Positions 46,692 to 58,015 of a DNA stretch of 64,000 nt are shown one piece after another. The translations under genes were made by a program, and so were the position numbers. The notes under the pieces are model-generated. The model saw nothing but the letters and a program-made list of their open reading frames with translations, had not been told where the DNA came from and searched no databases. Numbering within the stretch: the stretch's first letter is position 1; each line of letters begins with the position of its first letter. The stretch is taken from the NCBI GenBank assembly GCA_043228905.1, contig JBHGNT010000008.1, forward strand, positions 19,096,001 through 19,160,000, in the 5' to 3' direction. The stretch comes from Azolla caroliniana (Eukaryota > Plantae > Polypodiophyta).

Positions 46692-48463
46692 GGCCGGGTT
46701 TCTTCGATATCTACCCGTCTCTAGCGCATACCGGTGGATGCGTGGTTTGGTGGGGGTGGATGTCGTGAAGAAAACCAGCCATAGGCGGAATCGGAGAGAA
46801 AGCGTGTAAACCGGATCCTACACGGATGGATGCGTGACTGGATACTTTGTACGCAAACCGGTGGATGTGACTACTAAGCCACACGCATTTATTAGAGGAG
46901 GATTGTGCGTATCCAAAAGGGGGACAGGGAATAAAAGGCAAGAGGGGAAGAGAAAAGAGAGGAGGATATCGCACGCGAGGGAGAAGGGGGGGGCTGCTGC
47001 AGAAGGGAAGTCGAGCTCTCTCTCTACTCCTCGAGCCGTCATTCTCTGTGGGTCCGTCGCCGCCTGTGGGAGTGCGCTGCCTCTGTTTCGTGGACAACCC
47101 GTGTGCTTCCAGCAGAGTCACTCCCTTTTCCCTTTGTTTCTTGGAGTCGGGTGACTGTCGTCGGTGTGCGTGAGTAGGGTCCCCGTGTCGGGTCCGTCGC
47201 CGCCTCGTCGGTTGTAACTGTCAGGGATTGTAATCTCTTGTCGTTATAATTAAGTGTTACGATTCTATCTCTTTCCTTCTCGCTTTTCGTGTCGGTGAAT
47301 CTCTCTCTCTGTCTCTCTCTCTCTCGCTCCTCGGTCCAAGACCCCCGTGGTCCCGCCCCTTTCCACACGTACGTGCGTAATAACGCGACAACGTGATTAA
47401 TAACATACGCCAACCTTAAGACATAAATCACACTATTAGTCAAAATGGTTTTACTTTTACAAATGTCGAGCCAACTTTTTCAAATAATGCCACGGATACG
47501 ATGGCTTTTATAGCGGACCGCCGAGACTGCGACTACTATCGACGACTACGATGCTTCAGTGTTGAATTAGTGTCTTCGGGTTGCTCCGTACTCCCTTCGA
47601 TTGGTTGGTAAGCAAGGCAATCGAATCCCTTCACAAAGTTGTCCACGAGTAACTAGCTTGGTGATGATGAAGACCACGACGACCTCCTGAGAAGAAGATG
47701 AGGCACCGAAGAAGAAGTGACGGAAATAATAAAATATATAGAATAACTCCTTAATTCGCGATGCCAAGAGATTCGATCTCTGCACCCTCTCTACGTAGTC
47801 AATGGGTGACTATGTACAAATTATCCTACTTTGATATACAGAGTCTGTGGTTCCCCTACTTTTGTCATGTCCCCCACGTTTTCTAGCTTCAAGCAATGCC
47901 ACATCATGACAACATTTGGTAAATGATCTGCTCTGTTCTCTAGGCACATGTTGGTATATATGCGTTTTTCTATTCTCCAAGCATACGTTAGTAATTGCTT
48001 TGTCCTGGTCTAATTTGTTCTTTGCGCACACGCAAGCATATTATTATATATGCTCTATTTTGGTCTTAGAAGACGTTAATATATCTTTCTTTCTTTCTTT
48101 CTCTTCTACTTTGCCTCCTCCTCTCTTGATGATAAGTAAAGAGTTCACGAAAAACGGGCTCAACTCAAGCATAGTACGTTATATACTCGAATGCATTGGC
48201 AAACATTCATTTTCATACAAATGCAAACAAATGCGTAGGTTATCAAAACATTCTTATGTTTTTTTTTTTTAAAACACTTTTTACTTTATAATAAATAATG
48301 AATACAAAAGTATGGTATTTACCATACCTCGAAGGAAGGATTAAAGCATTCACGAATGCGAATGCAGAATGCACGTATGGTTCAAACTTCATACAATGGG
48401 CCGCGCGCTCAAAGTGTGTAATGATATGAGTTAGTTGGAGAAATTAAGCATAAAAATAAATAT

Positions 48464-48808
48464 GAATAAATCGACGAATACTACAAATAAATACGAATAA
48501 ATCGACGAATACAAATAAATACGAATAAATCGACGAATACAAATAAATATGAATAAATCGACGAATACAAATAAATACGAATAAATCGACGAATACAAAT
48601 AAATATGAATAAATCGACGAATACAAAGAAATACGAATAAATCGACGAATACAAAGAAATACGAATAAATCGACGAATACAAATAAATACGAATAAATCG
48701 ACGAATACAAATAAATACGAATAAATCGACGAATACAAAGAAATATGAATAAATCGACGAATACAAAGAAAAACGAATAAATCGACGAATACAAATAAAT
48801 ACGAATAC
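48464..48808. repeat. 28-bp minisatellite (GAATAAATCGACGAATACAAATAAATAC) x~12
   Basis: Near-perfect tandem copies ending ~100 bp upstream of the bromodomain gene ATG. Confidence 0.95.
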
Positions 48809-48908
48809 ATAGAAGAAAGAAAGAAAGAAAGAAAGAGAAAAGAAAAGAAAAGAACCGCGAGCAGAGCAGAAGAGAAGAGAAGCAGCGCAGGGTCTGTGCT
48901 CTGCAGAC

Positions 48909-51900
48909 ATGACGCGCGTCAAGGTCAAGGTCCTGTCCACAGGATTGCACATCTTTGATCCTCCTTGCCATGTCCCATCCGAAGACGACGACGTGGATGG
49001 AGCAGGAGCAGAAGCAGAAGCAGAAGAAGAAGAAGAAGAAGAAGACGAAACGATCAATCACAAGAAGAGGAAGCGGGGCCTCGGTGGTACCGATGTTTCC
49101 GGATACGCGTTTTATAGGCCTGATTATTGCAGTGATTCTGCGCAAGGGACGTCCTCTAGTGATGAAGACGAAGGAGAAGTGCCGAAACTCAATGTAAGGT
49201 CTTCTTCGACGTCTCTTCTCCAAAGAGGTGTTGTTGGCTATGATGAGCGGGATGCAATCTCAGGGGTTCATTCTCATCAGAGAAGTGGTATTCGTTTAAA
49301 AGTGAAGTCATGGAAACCTCCTCCTGATGGTGGCAGTGGCAGTGATGATTCCGTGGGGGATCGATCTTGGAGCAACGATCTCTACAAAGGTATGCATTAT
49401 TCAAAGAAGAAAATTTGTATAGAAGCGCCTCCTTATTATAATGCAAAATCAAAGGAACAAGGATCTAATCCTTACCGACGCCACGAGATTAACATGGAGG
49501 AGCTGAGAAGTGCACTTACGGTAAGAAGAAAAATATGCTCTAATTGCAAAACCTTTTTTTTTTCTTTTACTTTCTCTCAATAGATCCGGAGGTCACTGTT
49601 TCTTTAATGTAATTTGTTTTTGTAGGCATATATTTTAATCAAATCACAAAGAAGCCCTTTCTTTTCAATTGATTAGAACCAAAAATCAATTTTCATTTTT
49701 TATATGTTGATTTTGCTCTAAATAGCAGAAAATAGAACTTTTGATGAGAAGTTAGCATTTTCGAAAATATGAATTGGTTTTCTTTCATATATGCTGATTT
49801 TGCTCTAAATCACCAAAAGGCAAAACATGTTTTATTTACCCAATCAATAGTAAGTATTGTCAAACATGAACTGGTTTCATGCATGCAAATGACGCTCTAA
49901 GCACAAAAGCAGCCTTTTGTTTTTCAACTGGCTGAATCTTTATCATTTACTATAAGGACTAGTTTTATGTATATAAATGATGATCTATGTAAGTCACAAC
50001 CAAATCTGTTTCTTTTGGGGATTCCAGAGTTTGTATTTTTTTAAAATAAAACGTGTTTAATGAAACTCCATACAAATCGAACATAAGGAAGCTTTTTGAA
50101 TATGAACTGAATTTTATGTGCACAAATTTACAGAATCTTATCTTTCTATAGAAAGAAAGATATATTAACGTCTTTTAAGGGGCCAAAATGGCCTATAAGA
50201 CCAAACAAGAGATTACATCTGAAGAGAAACAGATAAAATTGTTTGAAACTTCTTGTACTAAGAACAACGATCTTCTGATTGCCATTCTTTTCATATTTTA
50301 GCAGGGGAAAATGCATTAACCCCATTCTTTGTGTGTCCTGTTCTGTAATGAAAGAATTTTGAAAATTTGCCAATGTCAGAGAGGTTTGAAATAATCTTGG
50401 AACAATAAATTGCTTCATGTTTGCAGGTTGTGACGAAAATTATGAGGATGGAAGCAGCAGAACCTTTCAATTTCCCCGTGGATCCTGTGGCTCTTGGAAT
50501 TCCGGTATGGAAAAGAATCTAATATAGTGATTAAAATATGAATTTGTGATTAAAATATGAATTTGTGATTAAGTTCAAGGAATGTGACATGGTACTGAAA
50601 GTATCAGTGAGGCATAATTATGGGATTGAGTATATTAATCCAATACACATTCCAGGTGAAAATATTTTTTTGTTGAAGATGAATTATACTGGAGTTTAAC
50701 GAATGGGATGTTCTGCCTGAAACAACGTTGATGAATAGTTAAGGGATGGATTGCATTAATCCAATAGAGAAGTTCTGGTATGAAATGGATCTCATGTCTA
50801 TGATTGAAGATGAATAATGATCAAGTTTAATAAATGTTGGTCGAAATGCTGGATAATTTGGGAAACATTACGTAAATCTGATGCAAAGGCACACATACTC
50901 AGTCTAAGAAATTCCTGTATGAAAGGAATCTCAATGCTTGAGAATTGTGCTGAACTTCAGTGAATGTGATATGGGGCCAAAAAGAATTTCATTGTGAAAG
51001 AATTGTAATGTCAATGATTGAGCATTGTGTTTACGTTTATTTAATGGGATATGATGCAGGAAGTAGGATTGATGAATGTCAAGGATGAACCTTAATTAAG
51101 GGGCACATAAATCTAATTAGATGTACACATGTAGTCACACTGATGAATAACATATATTTGAAGTTTAAATTGGCCTTTATTTTGCAGTCTTTGATTATAA
51201 TTTTTGTGAATATTTTCAGGACTACTTTCATGTTGTGAAGAAGCCCATGGATCTAGGTACCATATGTAAAAATCTGGAAAGAGGTACAAAATATCGGAAC
51301 TCAGGAGACGTGTACAAGGATGTTCAGCTTGTATGGGAAAATTGCCGCAGCTACAATCAGAAAGGAGATCCTATTCTGGAACTTTTGGCTAGAGTGAAGA
51401 AGAATTTTACAAAGTACTGGACAGCTGCAGGCTTATCCACTGAAAAGTACCAAGGTTTTTATCCCACTGTATGCTTTTGTATTTTGAAATTTGTGGTCTG
51501 TTCGACTTTTGGTGCAAAGAAAATAATGTAATTCTAGGGTTGATGAATACTGGCTTTATATATGAAAACCTAAATAATTCTTGGAAGTGTACATTATAAG
51601 TAGTACAATTGTTATTTATGATGAGCGGCGTGTATGAATTACAATGTTTGCATGGAGCAAGGGACAATATGAGAGAGAGTGGGACATAGAGCCAGTTATA
51701 TGGAGGAAACGTAGAAGAGGACAGATGCCTCTATTTGTAGCTATCCCAAGGCCCGACAAAAATTACTCAATGAAGTACTTGAGATTTACCATGCTGAGTA
51801 TTTTTTGAACACAAATGTTGGAAATGCATGAGCAAGACATTGCAAAAAATTATGTGACAGCTATTTTAGAATCAAAGATTAAATTTGGCTGATATTGATT

Positions 51901-53855
51901 CTGTTCCTAATACTCACTTCAGAATGGGAGAGATTGTATCAGTATCACTAGCAATCGGATTGTTTGTCTCCTAATTTCTCCACATATTATTTTATAAAAG
52001 ATATTAATAACATATCGCCTTCTTATTAATTAATAAATGTTAATAAATTGAATCAAAACAATAAACAATAAAAGCAATTAAAAAGTAATAATGAACAGAA
52101 AATAATATCAAAACAGAAGAAAATGCATTCTGATTTCTCCCACAGACCTTGAAGGGTCATATCCAAAAGACCAGCATCACAGGAAACTTCATTTTCCAAG
52201 TGAATGGAAGCAGGGTTTCGTCAAATTGTATTGACTAAGGACATAGGAAAGCATTCCATGGCTGAAAGATATATTACAAGAGGCTATTGAGAAGAATTTT
52301 TTCACAATTACAAGGTCCTGATCGGGTATAGGCAGCATTAGGAGTTTATAAGATGATTTGTTATTACTTTCATTTGTGCTTTTTCTGATAGACTTTTCTA
52401 TGCTGGCACTAAGAGTCTGTAGGTGCATTGGTCTGGTATAGGCATTAAGAGAGATGGAAGCATGAGAAAGCTCTTTCATTTCTACTCTGCATTTTGAAGA
52501 TATTCTTTAGAGTTTCTGCTAAAATTCTTAAAAGTGCAAGCGCTAAATCTCTCTATTTACCTAAGTTGTTTCTCCAAATATCATGAAGCTATTTTAATAT
52601 TGTGCAAAACATGTCACTCTTATGATGCAGAACCTGATGAAGAAGAACAGTCAGAGTTGGACAGAATTTTAGCAGCTACATTTGGAAAGCATCGGCGAAT
52701 CGCAGGGTTAGTTATGAAATGAATTTCTAAGTTTTCATGATGGTTGATAAGTTTATAATTGTAACATAATTAATGAAAGTTTTCATGTTAGCTGAGAAGG
52801 TTATCAGTGTTTGTTTAACACAGCAGATCATATGCTGCAGGACAGGGCATCATAAAACAGACTGTGCATGCGTTGTATGTGCGGGTGTAAGACGAAAGCT
52901 TGCTCGAGATGGAAAACTTGGTGGTCTCGGTACTAAACCAGAAGCTGTTTTTTACTCAAAAGCAAGAGGATTAAAAGGAGAGGTGCATGAAGATTCAGTT
53001 TAGTTTGGAACATGTTTGTTTTCCTTACCATTTAGTTTTTAATAAACTAACTGGTGCAATCACAACAGCCAAGCATAGATGGGCCTGGAACCGCCGAAGA
53101 GGGGAAACTTCATATGGATCAAACTGAAATAGATAGTGAACCTGGAGGAGAGTTTCCAAATGCTATGTTATATTTCAGGGCTGCCAAAGAAGAAGCATCA
53201 TCTGACCAGATCATAGGGAGTGAATATGTAAAAGATTTCGACATGGGGTATTCTCCAGACGAGGATATGGAGGACATCAGATATGTATGTGAAAATGGTG
53301 AATACCTTGCAGATGAGCAGATATATAGAGACGTAGAATCTTCAGAGGTATTTGAAAATTTATTTGCTTGCTTTTCTTCCCTATTAGCAATAATGGTATG
53401 GATACTAAGCCATATATCAGAAACCCTAAACTGTCGAAAAATTCTTAATAATTTTTCCATAGACCAAGAATCAATACCCTAGAAAATTTGTGTCAAATTC
53501 TTGATCTTGTTGTTTTTTGTGGCATAAACTCTAAACCATATGAAACAAATTCATAAGTTTGTTGATTTTTGTGTCATATACCATAATAGACCCTAAACCT
53601 GAAATCTTAAAACCCTAAATCACATGTCTGTTATTAACTTTTTGTTGGTTTTTGTGTCAGGGGGGTGTTAGATATTACCGTGCAAGTTATGAAATGCCGC
53701 TTCGCACCATTCATCCTTCTGTACTCCACCTGAGTCAAAGACTATTTGGAGCTAGCTCTCTTTGGAATGCTGGATACCATTCGAAAAGCTCTTTAGAGAA
53801 TCCTATTCTCAAAACTGTCTCTGTTCTCTTGAGAACCAAGGGTGCTGGGTGCTGA
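48909..53855 (+). CDS. Bromodomain-containing protein (~8 exons)
   Basis: Exons 48909-49520, 50427-50504, 51220-51454, ~52146-52214, ~52631-52707, ~52841-52982, 53069-53347, 53661-53855. Spliced bromodomain: IMRMEAAEPFNFPVDPVALGIP|DYFHVVKKPMDLGTI...VQLVWENCRSYN; later HHKTDCACVVC motif. The 3' exon boundaries are less certain. Confidence 0.85.
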
Positions 53856-54976
53856 TCAATTGATTGTGTATGTTATATTGTCACAGAATTGTGTGAAATT
53901 AGTCTCTCAAAAAACCATGCAAATTTTGTGGATCATGGTCTAGACGGGTTTGCTTTGAATGCAGAGTGTAAAGATATCCAGTTCTCATTCAGATTCACCC
54001 AATTGGATTTCTGCAGTAGTTTGACATCTCTATGCTACAAATTCTTTGAGGGTGTGCTTCATGTCAGAGTGTCCCTTCTTTTTTGAAATATATGATGAAT
54101 GAGGATAAGTAACCTCCCACCTTTTTGTACAGAACCAACCTATCCTTTCTTTTCTCAAGATAATGTTCCGTTGTCTCGGCACACTTATTATAACATAGTC
54201 ATGAATGATATGCAATATATGCATCTTGATAGAATGATTTTGTGTCATTTCCCCACACCATATCTCTCTATTTGTGTCCATTACAAATTTTCTGCGTAGC
54301 AATATCTCGTTGGCATATGATTGGGACAAGTGTTTTGAGGTAACCATATTGAGGAGAAACCTGATCTTGCACCAAGGAACAGATTCGAAAAAAACTGTTC
54401 AGCTGTGTTCCAAGGGAGGAAGTTTGTAAAATGTTTGTAACACGTTCGAAAAAGCTGTAAGCTATTATTGCCTAGGGTTTTCGGCTTGATTATGACACAT
54501 TTTTCCTTGTGGCCATGAACATATTTCTCCTCGTAGGGAAAAGTTTATTGAATCAAATGATGAATGAATTTAACCTGGTATCGCAAATTTCTTACAGCCA
54601 CCTATGGTTTTGTTTGGGTGCCAAAATGTCAAATGGCTTAGTTCTTATAATTGGTGAGAAAACCTGCGAGAATTGCTTCACGTTGTATGATAATGATTGA
54701 ATAACGGAAAGTGGATGATGATTGAACCTTATGATGTTACTGAGGAAATGCCTACAATTCGATTTAATCAACGATCTCAGTAAATTTCGACTACAATGAA
54801 GTGAAATCATTCAGCATAATGAGAAGATTGTGTGTGCTCTGGAAAAAAAAGAAAAAGAAATGTCACACACCATGCAAAGCAGTTTGTGGGGAACCTATAC
54901 ATTACATAAATCATAAATGAAAGTAATTCAGTTTGTCTCCATTTTCAAACAATTAGGTCAAGAGCTGGCAATGGGG

Positions 54977-55030
54977 CCACGTGGCGGTGACGAGGCGTCG
55001 ACGTGGCGGTGACGTGGCGGTGACGTGTTG
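54977..55030 (+). promoter_or_regulatory. G-box/ABRE cluster
   Basis: CCACGTGGC at 54977, ACGTGGC at 55001 and 55012, ACGTGT at 55023; 150-200 bp upstream of the DnaJ ATG. Confidence 0.7.
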
Positions 55031-55032
55031 TC

Positions 55033-55047
55033 CTTCTAGAAAGTTCG
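55033..55047 (+). promoter_or_regulatory. Heat shock element
   Basis: cTTCtaGAAagTTCg is a perfect three-unit nTTCnnGAAnnTTCn upstream of a chaperone gene. Confidence 0.8.
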
Positions 55048-55180
55048 GTTTTTTCTGCTTCTTCTTCTTCTTCTTCTTTCTTCACGAGACTGTCACTCTT
55101 TTCTCTCTTCTTTGTCTCCATTTTCTCTGTCTGTTTCTCGTTCGTGATTCTCCTGCGTTCCTGCCTGTCTGTGCCTGGCC

Positions 55181-58015
55181 ATGGGAGTAGACTACTACAG
55201 AGTTCTGAAGGTCGACAAGTCTGCGAGCGATGACGACCTGAAGAAGGCGTACCGGAAGCTCGCCATGAAATGGCACCCTGACAAGAACCCTAACAACAAG
55301 AAAGAAGCCGAAGCTAAATTCAAACAAATCTCTGAAGCTTACGAGGTAAGTTTTCCTTCTTCCACATTCGATTCTCTCTCTCTCTCTCTCTCTGTCAGCT
55401 TATTTGTTGCTTCTTCTATTTTTCCCGCCTTTTTATGCTTCTTCTGTGTTTATCAAGCCTTAAAGATATGCCGGTTCTCTTCGTTTTCTTCTTATTGTTT
55501 TGCTCCATGCTGTTAAGTTTTTCTCGCTTTGTTTCATGCCGTTTCTGTGTTTTAACGTTTCGTTTAGAGTTTTGTTTTGCCATTTTTGATAGCCTGTATT
55601 TTCTTCATTTTGTAATTGGTTTATAACCGTGGGGAAGGTTTCAATAGAAATGGAAGTTTTGATTTCCTTACTGATAAATATGGTGTAGTGCATTGAAAGG
55701 AATCTCTAATTTTCGGTGTTTTCTTCATCTTTTTCTTCTTTTCTCGAAAATTGCGGCAATTTTTGGCTATTTGAAGTTTCTGTTTGGATGTAGGTACCTC
55801 GAATCTTTGATAATCGAAGAGAAGTAGGATGTTTCGTATTGAAAGGAAGCTTAAGGTTTTCTTACCATCTCAATTCGTTTTTCTTTTGAAGATTTTTGCT
55901 TACTAGACTTTTAGTTTAACCTGGTTTTGTAGATTTTCTTAATCCTCTTTCTTTCTCCATGTTTTTTCTTTATTGGTGTTTTCCCCTTTATAAGCCTTTT
56001 TAAGCTTTACTGGCTTTTGCATGAAATGTTTTCTGTGTTGGCTCTTAAGTTGGGATTTCATAAATGTTTTATAGCTATCTTATATTCTTAATTTTGGCCA
56101 TAGTTGTTTATATTTAGAGATTAGACTTCAGGTGTTTTTGCATATGGGGATGCGATATTTCACTGGCGTTTCTCTGTTTCTTATTTTTTCTTTGTTTTTA
56201 ACGTTTCTTTTCTGTTTATCTTATTTATTTGATTTCGTGTGTAGTCTATCGCTGATTGGATTGTGATGAGAATGCAACACCACTTTTCTGGAAGTTTGCT
56301 ATTATAGTAGTCCCTATATTTTTCATCATTCGATGGTTTTGTCTTTTGGTTTACATGCTATCTTTTTTCTCCTTTGGAATATAGTATTATATCGCTAGAG
56401 TCTGGATTGTGCATATAATTTGAAGCAGGTTGGAATTCTGGATGATTTCAGGTGCTGAGTGATCCCCAGAAACGAACCGTGTATGATCAATTTGGTGAAG
56501 AAGGATTGAAAGGGCAAGTTCCACCAGAGGCATCTGGACAAACCTTTGCCAATGGAGGAAATACATATAGGTTTAACCCTAGGAATGCAGAGGATATCTT
56601 TGCAGAGTTCTTTGGAGAGTCGAGCCCATTTGCAGGGATGGCTGGGATGGGGAACAAAGGAGGTCGATCTAACAACCCTTTTGGAGATAGTATGTTTGGT
56701 GGTTTTGGAGGTGAATCAGTGTTTCGATCCTTCAATGATGCCTCTGGAGGTGGGCCTTCTTCTGGACCTCGGAAAGCACCCCCTGTGGAGAATAAGCTTC
56801 ATTGCACCTTGGAAGAGATATACAGTGGATCGACAAGAAAGATGAAGATATCAAGAAATGTTGTCGATGCATCTGGGTATGTGTTTCACATTGTTTTTTT
56901 TATGTTTCATATTATTCTGTTGTTAATTTGTTTGTTAAAATTTTGGCATGCGACTCATTAGCTTGTTAATATTGTCATGAGATTTATGAGCTTGTTGTTA
57001 ATGTGCTTGTTCTTTACTTGTTAAATGTGTGGTACTATTGTGTTGTTTATGTGTTCTTGTACATATGGTGGTGAGATTTTACATCCTTGTGTGTATGCTT
57101 GTTCAATAATGATCTTATGATCATTTATTTGTTTATAAACTTATTGATTATCTGCTGCTTGTTTACACATTGCTTGATTTTTCTTGCTACTTTTCGCATT
57201 CATATTATGCTTCCAGCAAGATTGGAATTGATCATTTTATGCATTCATATTATGCTTCCAGCAAGATTGGAGTTGATCATTTTATGCATTCATATTATGC
57301 TTCCTTATGATCGTGTATAGTTTCAGAAAAGTTGATAACTTTTTTATGTTCTTGTGCATATATCTGTGTTTTATGGGATTGTTACTCTGTTTATAAGCTT
57401 GCTGCTTTATGTACTTGTTCTTATGCATATTTATATTTTTGTTCATATGCCTGTAAATTACAAGCTTGCTACGATTGTTATGTTTGTGATTGCATTCACT
57501 TTATTGAATATGTGGTGGTTATTATATTTTTGTTCATGAATTTGTTGTTTATGAGTTGATTTTATACATGCAGCAAGATTGTGCCAGTTGAGGAAATTCT
57601 CGCCATTGAAGTGAAGCCTGGGTGGAAGAAAGGCACAAAAATCACTTTTCCAGAGAAAGGAAATGGTCAACCAAATGTAGTCCCTGCAGATCTGGTCTTT
57701 ATTATAGACGAAAAACCTCATGATATGTTTAAACGAGATGGAAATGATCTTATCTATACCAGTAAGATCACTCTAGTGGATGCATTAACTGGTTGTACTG
57801 TGACTATCCAGACGCTTGATGGGAGGACATTGACTATCAGTTGTAATGAAATTATAACTCCGGGCTATGAGAAGATCGTGCTCAAGGAAGGGATGCCTAT
57901 CGCAAAGGAACCAGGAAAGAGAGGTAATCTTAGAATCAAATTTGACATCAAGTTTCCTTCAAGATTGTCGCCAGAGCAAAAGGCAGGTGTGAAGAGGTTG
58001 TTAGGAGGGGGTTAA
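55181..58015 (+). CDS. Class B (type II) DnaJ/Hsp40 co-chaperone, 343 aa
   Basis: Exons 55181-55345, 56452-56876, 57574-58015 with matching phases; J-domain with HPD, G/F-rich region, C-terminal domain [12 protein letters not shown]...EGMP; no zinc finger. Confidence 0.95.

Larger units (their letters stand above)
40623..47390 (+). mobile_element. Ty3/Gypsy LTR retrotransposon, full length, degenerate
   Basis: LTRs 40623-41115 (internal ~137-bp deletion) and 46761-47390; TSD GCGT/ACGT; PBS TGGTGAACCCGACGTGA 41120-41136; PPT-like GGTGGGGGTGGA; domain order gag-PR-RT-RH-IN. Confidence 0.93.
12773..47911 (-). mobile_element. Old Gypsy-family solo LTR (~940 bp when reassembled), probable outermost host of the nest
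   Basis: Pieces 12773-12847, 40271-40622, 47395-47911. The left end, reverse-complemented, resembles the 3' end of the other Gypsy LTRs here (GATCCTCGTGGTCC...ACGTACGATTACATGACA). The right end reads TGTCATGA on the minus strand vs family TGTCGTGA. Minus-strand TATA ~47505. Flanks GCGT/ACAT differ by two G>A changes. Confidence 0.5.

Noticed and set aside
30241-47443. Many overlapping and antisense ORFs in the GC-rich retroelements
   Set aside because: Expected from stop-codon scarcity in GC-rich TE DNA; no recognisable domains.
48431-49223. Minus-strand hydrophobic ORFs (208 aa, 259 aa)
   Set aside because: Translations of the 28-bp minisatellite and antisense to a real exon.
48058-50204. 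Inverted repeat pair as TIRs of an element capturing bromodomain exon 1
   Set aside because: No TSD, and the motif recurs at 63.2-63.4 kb; better explained as two independent copies of a short dispersed repeat.
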